The translations under genes and the position numbers were made by a program. A DNA stretch of 64,000 nucleotides from an uncultured Actinomycetes bacterium (GTDB taxonomy: Bacteria > Actinomycetota > Thermoleophilia > RBG-16-64-13), in contig CAVPLM010000008.1 of NCBI GenBank assembly GCA_963706025.1, positions 128,001 through 192,000 of the forward strand, given 5' to 3'. This document shows positions 10,272-19,448 of this stretch, in pieces (position 1 is the first letter of the stretch; each line of letters starts with the position of its first letter). Under the pieces are notes generated by a model. It was not told the origin of the DNA. It did no database searches and worked only from the letters and a program-made list of their open reading frames with translations.

Positions 10272-10388
10272 ATGATGCCAAGAGTCAGAGGGAAGCGCAG
10301 TCCAAGATGGCCGTGGCTGGTCCTCACTGTCATCATCATCGCCGTTGTCGTGTTCGTCGTGTTGTGGGCGACGGGCATCATCTACTAG
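10272..10388 (+). CDS. Single-TM microprotein (38 aa)
   Basis: AAGGAG RBS; MMPRVRGKRSPRWPWLVLTVIIIAVVVFVVLWATGIIY; paralog at 13518..13628. Confidence 0.7.
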   Translation: MMPRVRGKRSPRWPWLVLTVIIIAVVVFVVLWATGIIY

Positions 10389-10401
10389 GGAGGTAGCTAC
10401 C

Positions 10402-10909
10402 ATGCGCAAGGGCAAAGACGCCGGCGGCCTGCTGGTGATCACCAGAGACAGTGGCGAAGAAGGTGGGAAAAGTCGAGGACCTGATTCTCGACCGTCAAGG
10501 CAGCCGGATCCTCGGGATCTTGGTGGACGAGGCCGGATGGTTCAAGGAAGCCACGGTCGTGCCCTGGCCCTCGTTTCGGGTTATCGGTCTGGACGCCGTC
10601 ATCATCGACGAGGAGGCGAGCGTCAAGAAAGCCTCAGAGGTCCCGGAGATGAGCGAGGTCCTTGAGGGTGGCAATGTGCTCGTCGGAGCCCGGGTAGCGA
10701 CCACCGATGGACGGGAGCTGGGCAAGATCGAGGATTTCTACTTCGATCCCGAGACCGGCATCGTGAAGGGCTTTGAACTCTCCGGAGGCAAGGGGCGGTC
10801 GTTCCTTCCCACCCCGGCCAGCTTTCAGGCCGGCAAGGACGTGGCCTTAGTCGATCCATCCGCCGTGGAGACCATCACCGATCTGAAGGAGGCTCTGCGG
10901 GACGCCTGA
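10402..10909 (+). CDS. Tandem PRC-barrel domain protein (frameshift near 10457)
   Basis: GGAGG RBS; MRKGKDAGGLLVITRDSGE joins KVGKVEDLILD...; second repeat VATTDGRELGKIEDFYFD. Confidence 0.85.
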
Positions 10910-11116
10910 CAGAAGCCCGAGCAAAGCCCGTCGTCTAGGCCGGAACGGACCTGCTGCCAGACGGCGTGGCCGGGCTGTCACTCGGTGCGAACACGCGGCC
11001 CAGAGAACCGGGTGTTCGCCGACCTACACGTCGTCGTGGCTCCGGACACCTCGATCGAGCGCGCCACGAGATGCCCACGCCATGGATTGAATTCGAGGAG
11101 CGCCGAAGCGTCTCGG

Positions 11117-12244
11117 TCAGGTCCTTGGTGTCGGGCCTCCGCTCTTATCTCTCTTGAACCACCACCGTGCCCGTCTCCTCGTTCGCGCAGGATCGTCGCC
11201 GGATCGCAGCAGCAGGGCGAGCGGCTCGGTCTCGGGCGAGGCTTCGAGGAATATGGTCCTGACCATCATGGTCATGGGTATGGAAAGAAGCGCTCCGATC
11301 GGTCCCAGCACGAAACCCCAGATGAGCACGGACAGGAACGATACCGCCGCGGGCAGGTCCATGCCCGACTTGAGGAATCTGGGCTTGAAGACATTGTCGG
11401 ACACGAAGTTGATCACTATGTATCCCACCAGCACTCCGATGACCATGCCCCAGCTTCTTTGGAGAATGGCCAGGGTCAAGGGAGGCACCAGAGCGATGAG
11501 AAACCCCACGTTCGGGATGTAGCTCATGATGAAGGAGAGAAAGGCCCAGGTAAACGGGTAGGGCACGCCGAGGGCCCAGAGCAGAGCGAAGTTAAGGATG
11601 GCCACCACCACGGCGAGGACGGTGGTGATCCACAGATAGCTGCGGGTTTCGCCGGTCCACTGCAGCCATCTCCGGAGGGCCGGGCGATCCTCTCCCAAGG
11701 CTTCATAGAACCGCCTACGAAAGCCCGATACTTCCACGAGCAGGTAGGCCACGATGAAGATTATGAGGCTCACGCTCTTGAGAGCGCCGTAGAGCGCAGA
11801 AAGAGCGGATGATGCCCAACCGACCACGTTCTCCGGTTTCAAGATCTGCTCTTCGATCACCCCCGATATGTCGAATCCCCAGCCGGCAAGAGTGTCCACA
11901 AAGTCCTGCTCCAAGGCCGTCAACTGGTCCTGGAGTTGAGGCAGAAGATCCCTCGTCTGGAAGATCATGAACGACATGAGGAAGAGCAAGGCGAGGATCA
12001 CGATCACGATGACGAGAAGGGAGACGATGTACGCGAGCACGGATGGCACACGTCTCTTGGTCAGGATTCCCACAAGGGGACTGGCCCCGATGACCACCAC
12101 GAGGCCCAGGAGGATCGGCGCAGCCACGCTGCGAGTGGCTCGGATACCCAGAGCGAGCCCCACCAAGACCGCCAGCATGAGGACTGTCCGCGCCACCGAC
12201 GGCCATGCGTTTGTATGAAGTGGCTCCTTGGGCTCCAAAGTCAC
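11117..12244 (-). CDS. AI-2E family transporter (start uncertain)
   Basis: Multi-TM protein; SYIPNVG, DNVFKPR, WGFVLGPIGALLSIP motifs. Confidence 0.9.
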   Translation of the reverse strand: MTLEPKEPLHTNAWPSVARTVLMLAVLVGLALGIRATRSVAAPILLGLVVVIGASPLVGILTKRRVPSVLAYIVSLLVIVIVILALLFLMSFMIFQTRDLLPQLQDQLTALEQDFVDTLAGWGFDISGVIEEQILKPENVVGWASSALSALYGALKSVSLIIFIVAYLLVEVSGFRRRFYEALGEDRPALRRWLQWTGETRSYLWITTVLAVVVAILNFALLWALGVPYPFTWAFLSFIMSYIPNVGFLIALVPPLTLAILQRSWGMVIGVLVGYIVINFVSDNVFKPRFLKSGMDLPAAVSFLSVLIWGFVLGPIGALLSIPMTMMVRTIFLEASPETEPLALLLRSGDDPARTRRRARWWFKRDKSGGPTPRT

Positions 12245-12279
12245 CACCAACGGGGGTCGACGCTGCTCCTCGTCGTGAC

Positions 12280-12305
12280 ATACCCCATTTGCCGACCATG
12301 TAGTC
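12280..12305 (-). promoter_or_regulatory. Putative SigB-type promoter
   Basis: Minus strand GACT-N16-GGGTAT upstream of the AI-2E gene. Confidence 0.45.
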
Positions 12306-12473
12306 GGCGGCGACTTGGTGCTGGTAGAAGCCGTCGCCGCGGTTTGCCTGTCGGCGACGACGCTCCGAACCTTCCCTTCATCGACCACCAAACACACAGA
12401 ATACCCTTAGTGTAGGCATTCGCGGTCCGCCGTGGAATAGCATGGGAGTTCACGCCACTGGGGGAGGGAAGGA

Positions 12474-12962
12474 ATGGAAGACCATAACGTGAGCAGGCGG
12501 CTCCAAAACCTGGAGGCAGAGGTAAGCGAGCTTCTTCTCCACCGCACAGCAGCAGACGTCAACGCCATCCACGACGAGAGGCTCACCCCGGGTGATCGCA
12601 TGGCCGACTCTCTGGCCGACGCCGTGGGCAGCTGGCGTTTCATCGTCTCGTTTCTGATCTTCATCTTCCTCTGGATGGCTCTGAACGTGGTGGCCGCCAT
12701 CCATCACTGGGATCCCTACCCGTTCATCCTTCTCAACCTGGTGCTTTCGTGCGTTGCCGCCCTACAGGCGCCGGTGATCATGATGAGTCAGAACCGCTTG
12801 GAGACCCGGGACCGACTGCGGGCGGAGAACGACTACGAGGTGAACGTGAAGGCGGAGCTCCTGCTGGAGCACCTCACCGAGGAGATCGAGGGCCTGAAGC
12901 GAGGCCTTGTCTCGCTGGGAGCGCGCACTGAGCCGGACGAGGGCACTTCCCAACAGCCCTGA
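12474..12962 (+). CDS. DUF1003 domain membrane protein
   Basis: GSWRFI, WDPYPFILLNLVLSCVAALQAPVIMMSQNR, DYEVNVKAE. Confidence 0.92.
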   Translation: MEDHNVSRRLQNLEAEVSELLLHRTAADVNAIHDERLTPGDRMADSLADAVGSWRFIVSFLIFIFLWMALNVVAAIHHWDPYPFILLNLVLSCVAALQAPVIMMSQNRLETRDRLRAENDYEVNVKAELLLEHLTEEIEGLKRGLVSLGARTEPDEGTSQQP

Positions 12963-12973
12963 CCCGCCTAAGC

Positions 12974-13497
12974 TCACCAGCTCTGTTTGAGTGCCTCTTC
13001 CAAGTCCTGCAAGGTGTCGGCCGCCTCGGGCGACACGAAGGCCACGTCCTTGCCCGCCTCGAAACTGGTGGGCGTAGGTAGGAAGGAGCGGGACGTCGTT
13101 TCCGCCCGGTGCCGCCGGAAAGCTCATAACCCAAGATCCTTCCGCTCTTCTCGTCGAAGTAGAAGGCCTCGAACTTGCCCAGATCCTGCCCGTCGGTGGT
13201 GCGTACGCGGACTCCGGCGAGCACGTTGCCGCGATCGAACACGTCTTTCATCTCCGGGACCTCTGAAGCCTTCACTACGCTGGTCTTGGAATCGATGACG
13301 AGGGTGTCCTCGCCTACGCTAAGCACTGCCGGCCAGCGTACGACGTGGGCGCCGCTGAACCAGCCTTTCTCGTCGACCAGTACTCCCAAGACTCGGCTGC
13401 CCGTTTGGTCGACGACCAGGTCCTCGACTCTCCCTACCTGCTCCCCCGCGTCGCGGGTTATCAGCAGTCGATGGATGAGTTCGCTTGCCTTCAACAT
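12974..13497 (-). CDS. Tandem PRC-barrel domain protein, paralog of 10402..10909 (frameshift near 13091)
   Basis: ITRDAGEQVGRVEDLVVD...VKASEVPEM...TTDGQDLGK; the C-terminus RSFLPTPTSFEAGKDVAFV...DLEEALKQSW is in another frame and ends at TGA 12974. Confidence 0.85.
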
Positions 13498-13517
13498 GCT
13501 AATCGTGCCTCCCGCGA

Positions 13518-13628
13518 CTAGAGTATGCCTTCCAGGAAGAGGACCACTACCACCACGATCACCACCACGACCAGCGCCGCCAGCGCCCACCACAGCGCGT
13601 TCCCCCGGCGGTTACCCATCCTCGGCAT
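13518..13628 (-). CDS. Single-TM microprotein (36 aa)
   Basis: Not in the ORF track. MPRMGNRRGNALWWALAALVVVIVVVVVLFLEGIL; AAGGTGAG upstream; paralog of 10272..10388. Confidence 0.7.
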   Translation of the reverse strand: MPRMGNRRGNALWWALAALVVVVIVVVVVLFLEGIL

Positions 13629-13680
13629 GCCTGTCTCACCTTCCCTTCGTGCTCTCGGCCGTGTTCCCGTCTAGCTCGCT

Positions 13681-13824
13681 CTAGCGGCGGCGGAACAGCG
13701 AGACGACGAGAGAGATCAACCACACGATGAACAGCGCCAGTGCCACCCAGAACAGGGCCTTGACGACGAAGCCCAAGCCGAAGACGACGAGCACGATGAT
13801 GATGAACAGGATGAGCCAGAGCAT
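13681..13824 (-). CDS. Small hydrophobic membrane protein (47 aa)
   Basis: GAGGGGAG RBS; MLWLILFIIIVLVVFGLGFVVKALFWVALALFIVWLISLVVSLFRRR. Confidence 0.8.
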   Translation of the reverse strand: MLWLILFIIIVLVVFGLGFVVKALFWVALALFIVWLISLVVSLFRRR

Positions 13825-13902
13825 GTTGTCTCCCCTCTTCGTTCTGTGAAGCCCATCGCAGTATGACCGCGGCGGTCTTTTCGCCAGGTGCCTGGCTATT
13901 TG

Positions 13903-13929
13903 TATCCCCCGGCCGCGCCCACTCGAAAC
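13903..13929 (-). promoter_or_regulatory. Putative SigB/SigF-type promoter
   Basis: Minus strand GTTT-N16/17-GGGGATAC upstream of the 13824 operon. Confidence 0.4.
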
Positions 13930-14104
13930 TCTCGGCCCTCTGGCTTCCACGCTTCCCTGAACCCCGGCTTCTTCTGTCCTCTTGCGATATCCCTCCGATT
14001 GAGAGTAGCCACGCGCTTCGTGCTGGAATCGCCGCAGAAAGGGGTGATGCCATCGTGGATGTGGTCGCCTGAGCCGCCCACACGCGCACAAGGATTCGAT
14101 GCGC

Positions 14105-14899
14105 TTATGGCAGATATGTGCGGCCGTAAAATCCGATCTGCTCTTCCTTAGAGAAAACGACGCCGGGCCGGTCGAAATACGAAAAGACGGCGATGATTCG
14201 TGCGCGGGCCCCGCGCACCGTGCCGACCATGTGCGCTGTGTTCTTGCCCCGGAACACGTTGAGGGTTCCGGCTTTCAGTCTCAACGTCCTAACGTCGGGG
14301 TCGTCGCCGGCGAGCAGTCTGGCGACGCCATCATAATTCGGATCATCATCGGTCCGGAGGTCGGTCCGGTAGACGAAGTCACCACCCTCTTCCGGCGCCT
14401 GCAGCAGCAGGGTAGTCGTAAACTCGCTCCGGTCGAAATGCCAGCCCAGAGCCTCGCCATCGCGATAGGCCATGACGTTCACCCGCGCCAGATCATCGCG
14501 CATAGGATAGAGGGATTCCTTCTGCATCGTGGTTGCAAGGAAGGTGATGAAGGGGGGCCACTCGTAGATCCACAAGGGCACGGACTGAATGATCTGGTCG
14601 GCGCAGATCGTGTGGTTGATGGTTTCGGCGGTCTTGAGCGCGGGATGATCCGCGGGCAGGCCCGGGATGTCCTTCGCGAAATAGATGTTGTGACGGCGCC
14701 GCTGGGCGAATGAGAGCGAATCCAGTACGGGGCCGACTTCGGTGAGGGCCTGATCCAGAGCCTCCGGCCTCACAAAGTCCTCAAGGTTGTACATGCCGTC
14801 GCGGGCAAGATCGGCCTGGCAGCGGGCCACCAGAACGTCCCAAGCGGCGCTACCCGGCTTGTCGAGCGGATAGCGGTCAAGATCAAGAGTGTTGCGCAT
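14105..14899 (-). CDS. 2OG-Fe(II) oxygenase-like protein (HxD type)
   Basis: LGWHFD (HxD), LLQAPEEGG, distal His in NTAHMV, RIIAVFSY. Confidence 0.8.
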   Translation of the reverse strand: MRNTLDLDRYPLDKPGSAAWDVLVARCQADLARDGMYNLEDFVRPEALDQALTEVGPVLDSLSFAQRRRHNIYFAKDIPGLPADHPALKTAETINHTICADQIIQSVPLWIYEWPPFITFLATTMQKESLYPMRDDLARVNVMAYRDGEALGWHFDRSEFTTTLLLQAPEEGGDFVYRTDLRTDDDPNYDGVARLLAGDDPDVRTLRLKAGTLNVFRGKNTAHMVGTVRGARARIIAVFSYFDRPGVVFSKEEQIGFYGRTYLP

Positions 14900-15080
14900 A
14901 TTGTGCTCCCCTCAGGTACGGCGCCGCCTCCTTCTCATATTTGGAGAAGAATGTACCCGCGGAACGAACGCCGGTAACTTGCGATAGCTGGTCGTGGACA
15001 CGGGGTGCGAAGTACCCTGTATACTCCGCGGTCCCCACCGGCGCCGCCGGCCACCGACAGAAAGGTCCCCAACCGCGAAC

Positions 15081-16922
15081 ATGTCGCTTTCGGCTGCACA
15101 CATACGAAACGTGGCGATAATCGCCCATATCGACCACGGCAAGACGACGCTGATCGACTCGATCTTCCGGGCCGCTCACGTCTTCCGCGAGAACGCGCGT
15201 GTGGAGGAGCGGGTGATGGACTCGCACGATCTCGAGCGCGAGCGCGGGATCACGATCCGGTCCAAGCACTGTACGGTGGATTGGAAGGGGTACCGCATCA
15301 ATCTGGTCGATACCCCGGGCCACGCCGATTTTTCCGGTGAGGTGGAGCGCGTGCTGTCCATGGTCGACTCGGTGCTCCTTCTGGTCGACGCCAACGAGGG
15401 CCCGATGCCGCAGACCCGCTACGTGCTCAGCCGTTCGCTGCGCCTCGGTTACCGCCCCATCGTCATCGTGAACAAGGTGGACCGCCCGCACGCCGATCCC
15501 CAGCGGGCCCTCGAGGAGACGTTCGACCTATTCCTCGAACTGGGCGCCACTGACGAGCAGGCCGACTTCCCCGTGCTCTATGGCTCCGGGCTCGACGGCT
15601 GGCTGGTCAAAGATCTCGATAGCGCCCGCAGGGAGGGCATGGACGATCTCTTCGAGACCGTCATAGAGAGCGTCCCCGCGCCCCACGTCGACAGGAGCAA
15701 ACCCTTCCGCATGCAGGTATCGACGCTGGCCTGGAGCGACTATCTCGGGCGTATCGGCTGTGGTCGCGCGCTCTCGGGCACCCACCGGCTCGGGGACGAG
15801 ATCGTGGTGACGAGCCCGTCGCTGGACACCGTCGTGACTCGCAGTTCGCACCTTTTCGCCACCCGGGGCCTGGAGCGCGCGGAGGTGGACGAGATCGGCG
15901 CCGGCGACATCGTCTGGATCGCGGGACCGGAAGAACTGCACATCGGCGACACCATCAGCTCTCCGGAGTTTGTCGATCCGGCACTGCCGCCGCTCGAGAT
16001 CGAGGAGCCGACGGTATCTATGTTCTTCCTCATCAATACCGGTCCGTTCGCCGGGGAGGAAGGCAAGGCGGTGACACTGCGCCAGATCAAGGACCGCCTG
16101 GAGCGCGAGGCCAGAGTGAATGTCGCGCTTCGCGTGGAAGATCTGGGCCGGTCCGACGGGGTGAAGGTGTCGGGACGGGGAGAACTCCACCTGGCCATCC
16201 TCATCGAGGAGATACGGCGGGAGGGCATCGAACTGTGCGTTTCGAAGCCCGAGGTCATCACGCGCCGGAACGCGGACGGCGACCTTCTCGAGCCCTACGA
16301 AGACCTCGTGGTCGAGGTGCCCGAGGAGTTCCAGGGTGTCGTCATCGAGAACCTTGCCCGGCGCAAGGGCGAGCTGATAGGGATGCATGCGGGAGACACA
16401 GGCGTCGTCCGGCTCGATTTCACCATCCCCACCCGCGGCCTGATCGGCTACCGCACCGAGTTCCTGACCGAGACGAGGGGGAATGGCGTGATGAGCTCGC
16501 AGGTCAGCGGCTATCGGCCATGGGCGGGAGAGGTGATGGCGCGCGACCGCGGCTCGCTCATCAGCATCGAGACAGGCCTCGCGACCGGCTACCAGCTGGA
16601 GAGCCTGCAGGCCCGCGGCACGCTCTTCATCTCGCCCGGCGATCGCGTCTACAAAGGCATGATCGTGGGCGAGCACTCACGGCCGGAGGATCTGGTCTGC
16701 AACCCGACCAAGACCAAAAAGCTGGGCAACTACCGCTCCGAGACCAAGGACATCGACGTGGGCCTGAAGGTCCCCCGCAAACCGAACCTCGATCAGGCCC
16801 TCGAGTGGATAGCCGCTGACGAGCTCGTAGAGGCCACTCCCAGCTCGGTTCGTCTCCGCAAGGCCATTCTGGACGCGGAACAGCGCAAGCGCGAGGATCG
16901 CCGAACGGCAGACGACCGATGA
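15081..16922 (+). CDS. typA: Translational GTPase TypA/BipA
   Basis: [52 protein letters not shown]. Confidence 0.96.
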   Translation: MSLSAAHIRNVAIIAHIDHGKTTLIDSIFRAAHVFRENARVEERVMDSHDLERERGITIRSKHCTVDWKGYRINLVDTPGHADFSGEVERVLSMVDSVLLLVDANEGPMPQTRYVLSRSLRLGYRPIVIVNKVDRPHADPQRALEETFDLFLELGATDEQADFPVLYGSGLDGWLVKDLDSARREGMDDLFETVIESVPAPHVDRSKPFRMQVSTLAWSDYLGRIGCGRALSGTHRLGDEIVVTSPSLDTVVTRSSHLFATRGLERAEVDEIGAGDIVWIAGPEELHIGDTISSPEFVDPALPPLEIEEPTVSMFFLINTGPFAGEEGKAVTLRQIKDRLEREARVNVALRVEDLGRSDGVKVSGRGELHLAILIEEIRREGIELCVSKPEVITRRNADGDLLEPYEDLVVEVPEEFQGVVIENLARRKGELIGMHAGDTGVVRLDFTIPTRGLIGYRTEFLTETRGNGVMSSQVSGYRPWAGEVMARDRGSLISIETGLATGYQLESLQARGTLFISPGDRVYKGMIVGEHSRPEDLVCNPTKTKKLGNYRSETKDIDVGLKVPRKPNLDQALEWIAADELVEATPSSVRLRKAILDAEQRKREDRRTADDR

Positions 16923-17079
16923 GGAGCTGGGGGCATGCCGGCAGGCGGGGACGATCCCCGAACGATGGATGAGATGATGCCACCCGGCGCCTGTGAAGGC
17001 GCCGGGCGTCGGACGTAAGTCGCGGCGACGATCGGCCGGGAGTCGCCCCCCAGACGGTCGCTCAGGTGGGCCCGGACTC

Positions 17080-18705
17080 CTACTGGGCGGCGTCCTTCGT
17101 CATGCTGAAGGTAACCGTGATCGGACTCTTGCGGTCCGCGGCCCTCAGGTAGGCGTGATCGACCCAGCCGTGGGCGAAATCGGAGTTCGGCCAGATCGTG
17201 AGCAACTGCTTCGACGGGACCTGATGAATCCACGCGTCGAGCATCATGGTGCTTGAGAGCGTCATCCCGGTGGGCAGCCCGGATGCCGTATCCAGGTTGT
17301 ACTCGCCGTTGGCCAGGATCGTCGTGCCCACGCTGAGGTCCAGAATCCACGGTTCGTTTCCCGTCGGCACATCGTGACCGAGCAGAGGCAGAAACGGCTT
17401 CATGTCAAAGCGCAGCGGGATGTCGATGTTGGTGACCGCCAAGTCGAAGCCAAGATCCGCGACTCCAGAAGCAAACGACAGGTAGTCGCCCTGGGTCTCC
17501 ACGTCCATGATCTTCTTGCCCAGGCTTGTGTAGGTCTTCTGGATGTCCAGGTGGTCGCCGGGCTTCGCCAGCTGCCCCGAATAGGGCAGCATCAGCGCCG
17601 AGGTGAACGGGGTGAGGAAGGTGGCCAACCCTGCCACCATCGTCTGGTCTAGAACCTGCTCAGGCTTGTCCTTGATCGCGTAGGAGATGCCGAGCACCGT
17701 GCCCTGGTCGTCCAGACGGAGAAGCAGGTATGCGGGTAGGATCTCAGCCATGGTGTCCTGGGCGTCTTCCGTGTCTTCAGGCAGAGTGAGCTCGTCGATG
17801 GTCAGCTTTATTGTCACCTGTCCGCTGCCCACTGCCAGGGTCTGTACGCTCACGTGGCCCGTGATGGTGCTGGCGGGAAGGATCTTATCCCAGACCCCAT
17901 CGTCCTCATGCTCCGCAGACCAGATGATCGGCGTGTTGATCGTGAACGTGAACCCCACGGGGCCGGCCGTCTTCAGATCGGCGAACATGGGCAGGGCCGG
18001 GTCCGCCAGACTGAGCAGATTCCAGAGCAGCTGGGCGCATTCCCCGCGGCTGGCCGCAGCGCCGAAGTTGAGCCCAGGGCCCACCCCCTGCAACCCGGCA
18101 AGGAGTCCCGCCGAGGCGGCCTTCCGGGCGTTGGCGAAGTGCTCCTCAGTCCCGAACTGCCCGACGGTGAAGCCTGGGTCGAATCCAGCCGGCGCATCGG
18201 GAAGATCAGCCGACCGGGCCACCATGGTGATGAGCTGCTGCCGGGTGATGTTGGCGTAGGGAGCAAACGTCGATGGGGTCGTCCCGACCGTTATGCCCTC
18301 GGCGGCGCACACTGCCACGTACTTGGCCGGGTAGAGCGGATCGTTGGGGTTTGGTGTGGCGTCCACGTCGGTGAAGAGGCAAGTCGCAGTGGCCGGGACC
18401 TCATAGCCCAGAGTCAGCACGATCATCTTCGCGAACTGCTGCCGTATAACAGGGTCATTCGGCTTGAAGACGTCACCCGGGAAACCATTGATAATGTGGC
18501 GAGCGGCCAGCTCGTCGATGGCCGTTGCATACGGGCTACCTACGGTGTCGGTGAATGCCAGCGCCAGACCCGATCCGGCAAGGACCAAGATGATCGCTGC
18601 CCCGAGGGTCGCAGCTAAAAGGAACGGCTTTCGACGCAACCGCTCTCGCCCCCTGCTGCTTCGGGACTCCCGAGTCACGTTTGGACAAGTGTCATGCCTA
18701 CCCAC
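17080..18705 (-). CDS. Secreted protein with N-terminal SLH module and uncharacterised beta-rich C-terminal domain
   Basis: Signal peptide; FTDT...AIDELAARHIINGF...[17 protein letters not shown]; SRGECAQLLWN. Confidence 0.85.
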   Translation of the reverse strand: MGRHDTCPNVTRESRSSRGRERLRRKPFLLAATLGAAIILVLAGSGLALAFTDTVGSPYATAIDELAARHIINGFPGDVFKPNDPVIRQQFAKMIVLTLGYEVPATATCLFTDVDATPNPNDPLYPAKYVAVCAAEGITVGTTPSTFAPYANITRQQLITMVARSADLPDAPAGFDPGFTVGQFGTEEHFANARKAASAGLLAGLQGVGPGLNFGAAASRGECAQLLWNLLSLADPALPMFADLKTAGPVGFTFTINTPIIWSAEHEDDGVWDKILPASTITGHVSVQTLAVGSGQVTIKLTIDELTLPEDTEDAQDTMAEILPAYLLLRLDDQGTVLGISYAIKDKPEQVLDQTMVAGLATFLTPFTSALMLPYSGQLAKPGDHLDIQKTYTSLGKKIMDVETQGDYLSFASGVADLGFDLAVTNIDIPLRFDMKPFLPLLGHDVPTGNEPWILDLSVGTTILANGEYNLDTASGLPTGMTLSSTMMLDAWIHQVPSKQLLTIWPNSDFAHGWVDHAYLRAADRKSPITVTFSMTKDAAQ

Positions 18706-18942
18706 TGTTCCTCCTCCCCGATACCACCGGACTCCTCAATACTCCGCCCGGCCGGGAAGTCCGTCAAGCCCCTTGCACCCCGGTTTGGCGTCCCGATGCG
18801 CGACTGCCGTGCCGGCGTCGCCCCCAGGCTCGCCAGGCGCTTGCACCAATTAGCCGCAAACCATAAACCCACGATGCCGCAAGCGCAGCAAGACGTGCTC
18901 GGTCATCCAGCACATCGAACCGTGGCCAAGTATAGTTTGGAC

Positions 18943-19404
18943 ATGACCACGATCTTCATCGACGCCGATGCCTGTCCTGTCACGCGCGACGCCATAGCAG
19001 TGGCCCGGTCGCGCTCGCTGCCGGTCGTCCTGGTCGCCAACCAGTCGCAGAACCTCTCCCACTTTGCGGGACGAACCGGGGTGGAGATCCTACAGGTGGG
19101 ATCGGGACGAGACTCCGCCGACTTCGCCATGGTGCCGCGGCTGAGTCCAGGGGACATCGTGGTGACGGGCGACATCGGGCTTGCAGCGATGGCCCTGGGC
19201 CGAGGATGCCGGGCCTTGAGCCCACGAGGTCGCCAATACCTGCCAACCACAATCGATGCCGAATTGGCCGTCCGTCATGCCGAGCAGCGACATCGACGCG
19301 CCGGGGGACGCACGACAGGACCTGCCCCGTTCCTGGACGAAGATCGGCAACGATTCCGAGAGTCGCTGGCGCGCCTCTTGACGGAGGATTCCCGCGCCGA
19401 CTGA
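18943..19404 (+). CDS. YaiI/YqxD (DUF188) family protein
   Basis: IFIDADACPV, DSAD, GDIVVTGDIGLA, LSPRG motifs. Confidence 0.92.
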   Translation: MTTIFIDADACPVTRDAIAVARSRSLPVVLVANQSQNLSHFAGRTGVEILQVGSGRDSADFAMVPRLSPGDIVVTGDIGLAAMALGRGCRALSPRGRQYLPTTIDAELAVRHAEQRHRRAGGRTTGPAPFLDEDRQRFRESLARLLTEDSRAD

Positions 19405-19448
19405 TCCTCGCAGACTCCATCAGCGTTGACCGGGTTCGAGCCCCCCTC

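Noticed and set aside
14105-14899. BesD/HalD-type radical halogenase
   Set aside because: It retains the HxD carboxylate ligand; halogenases have HxG/A.
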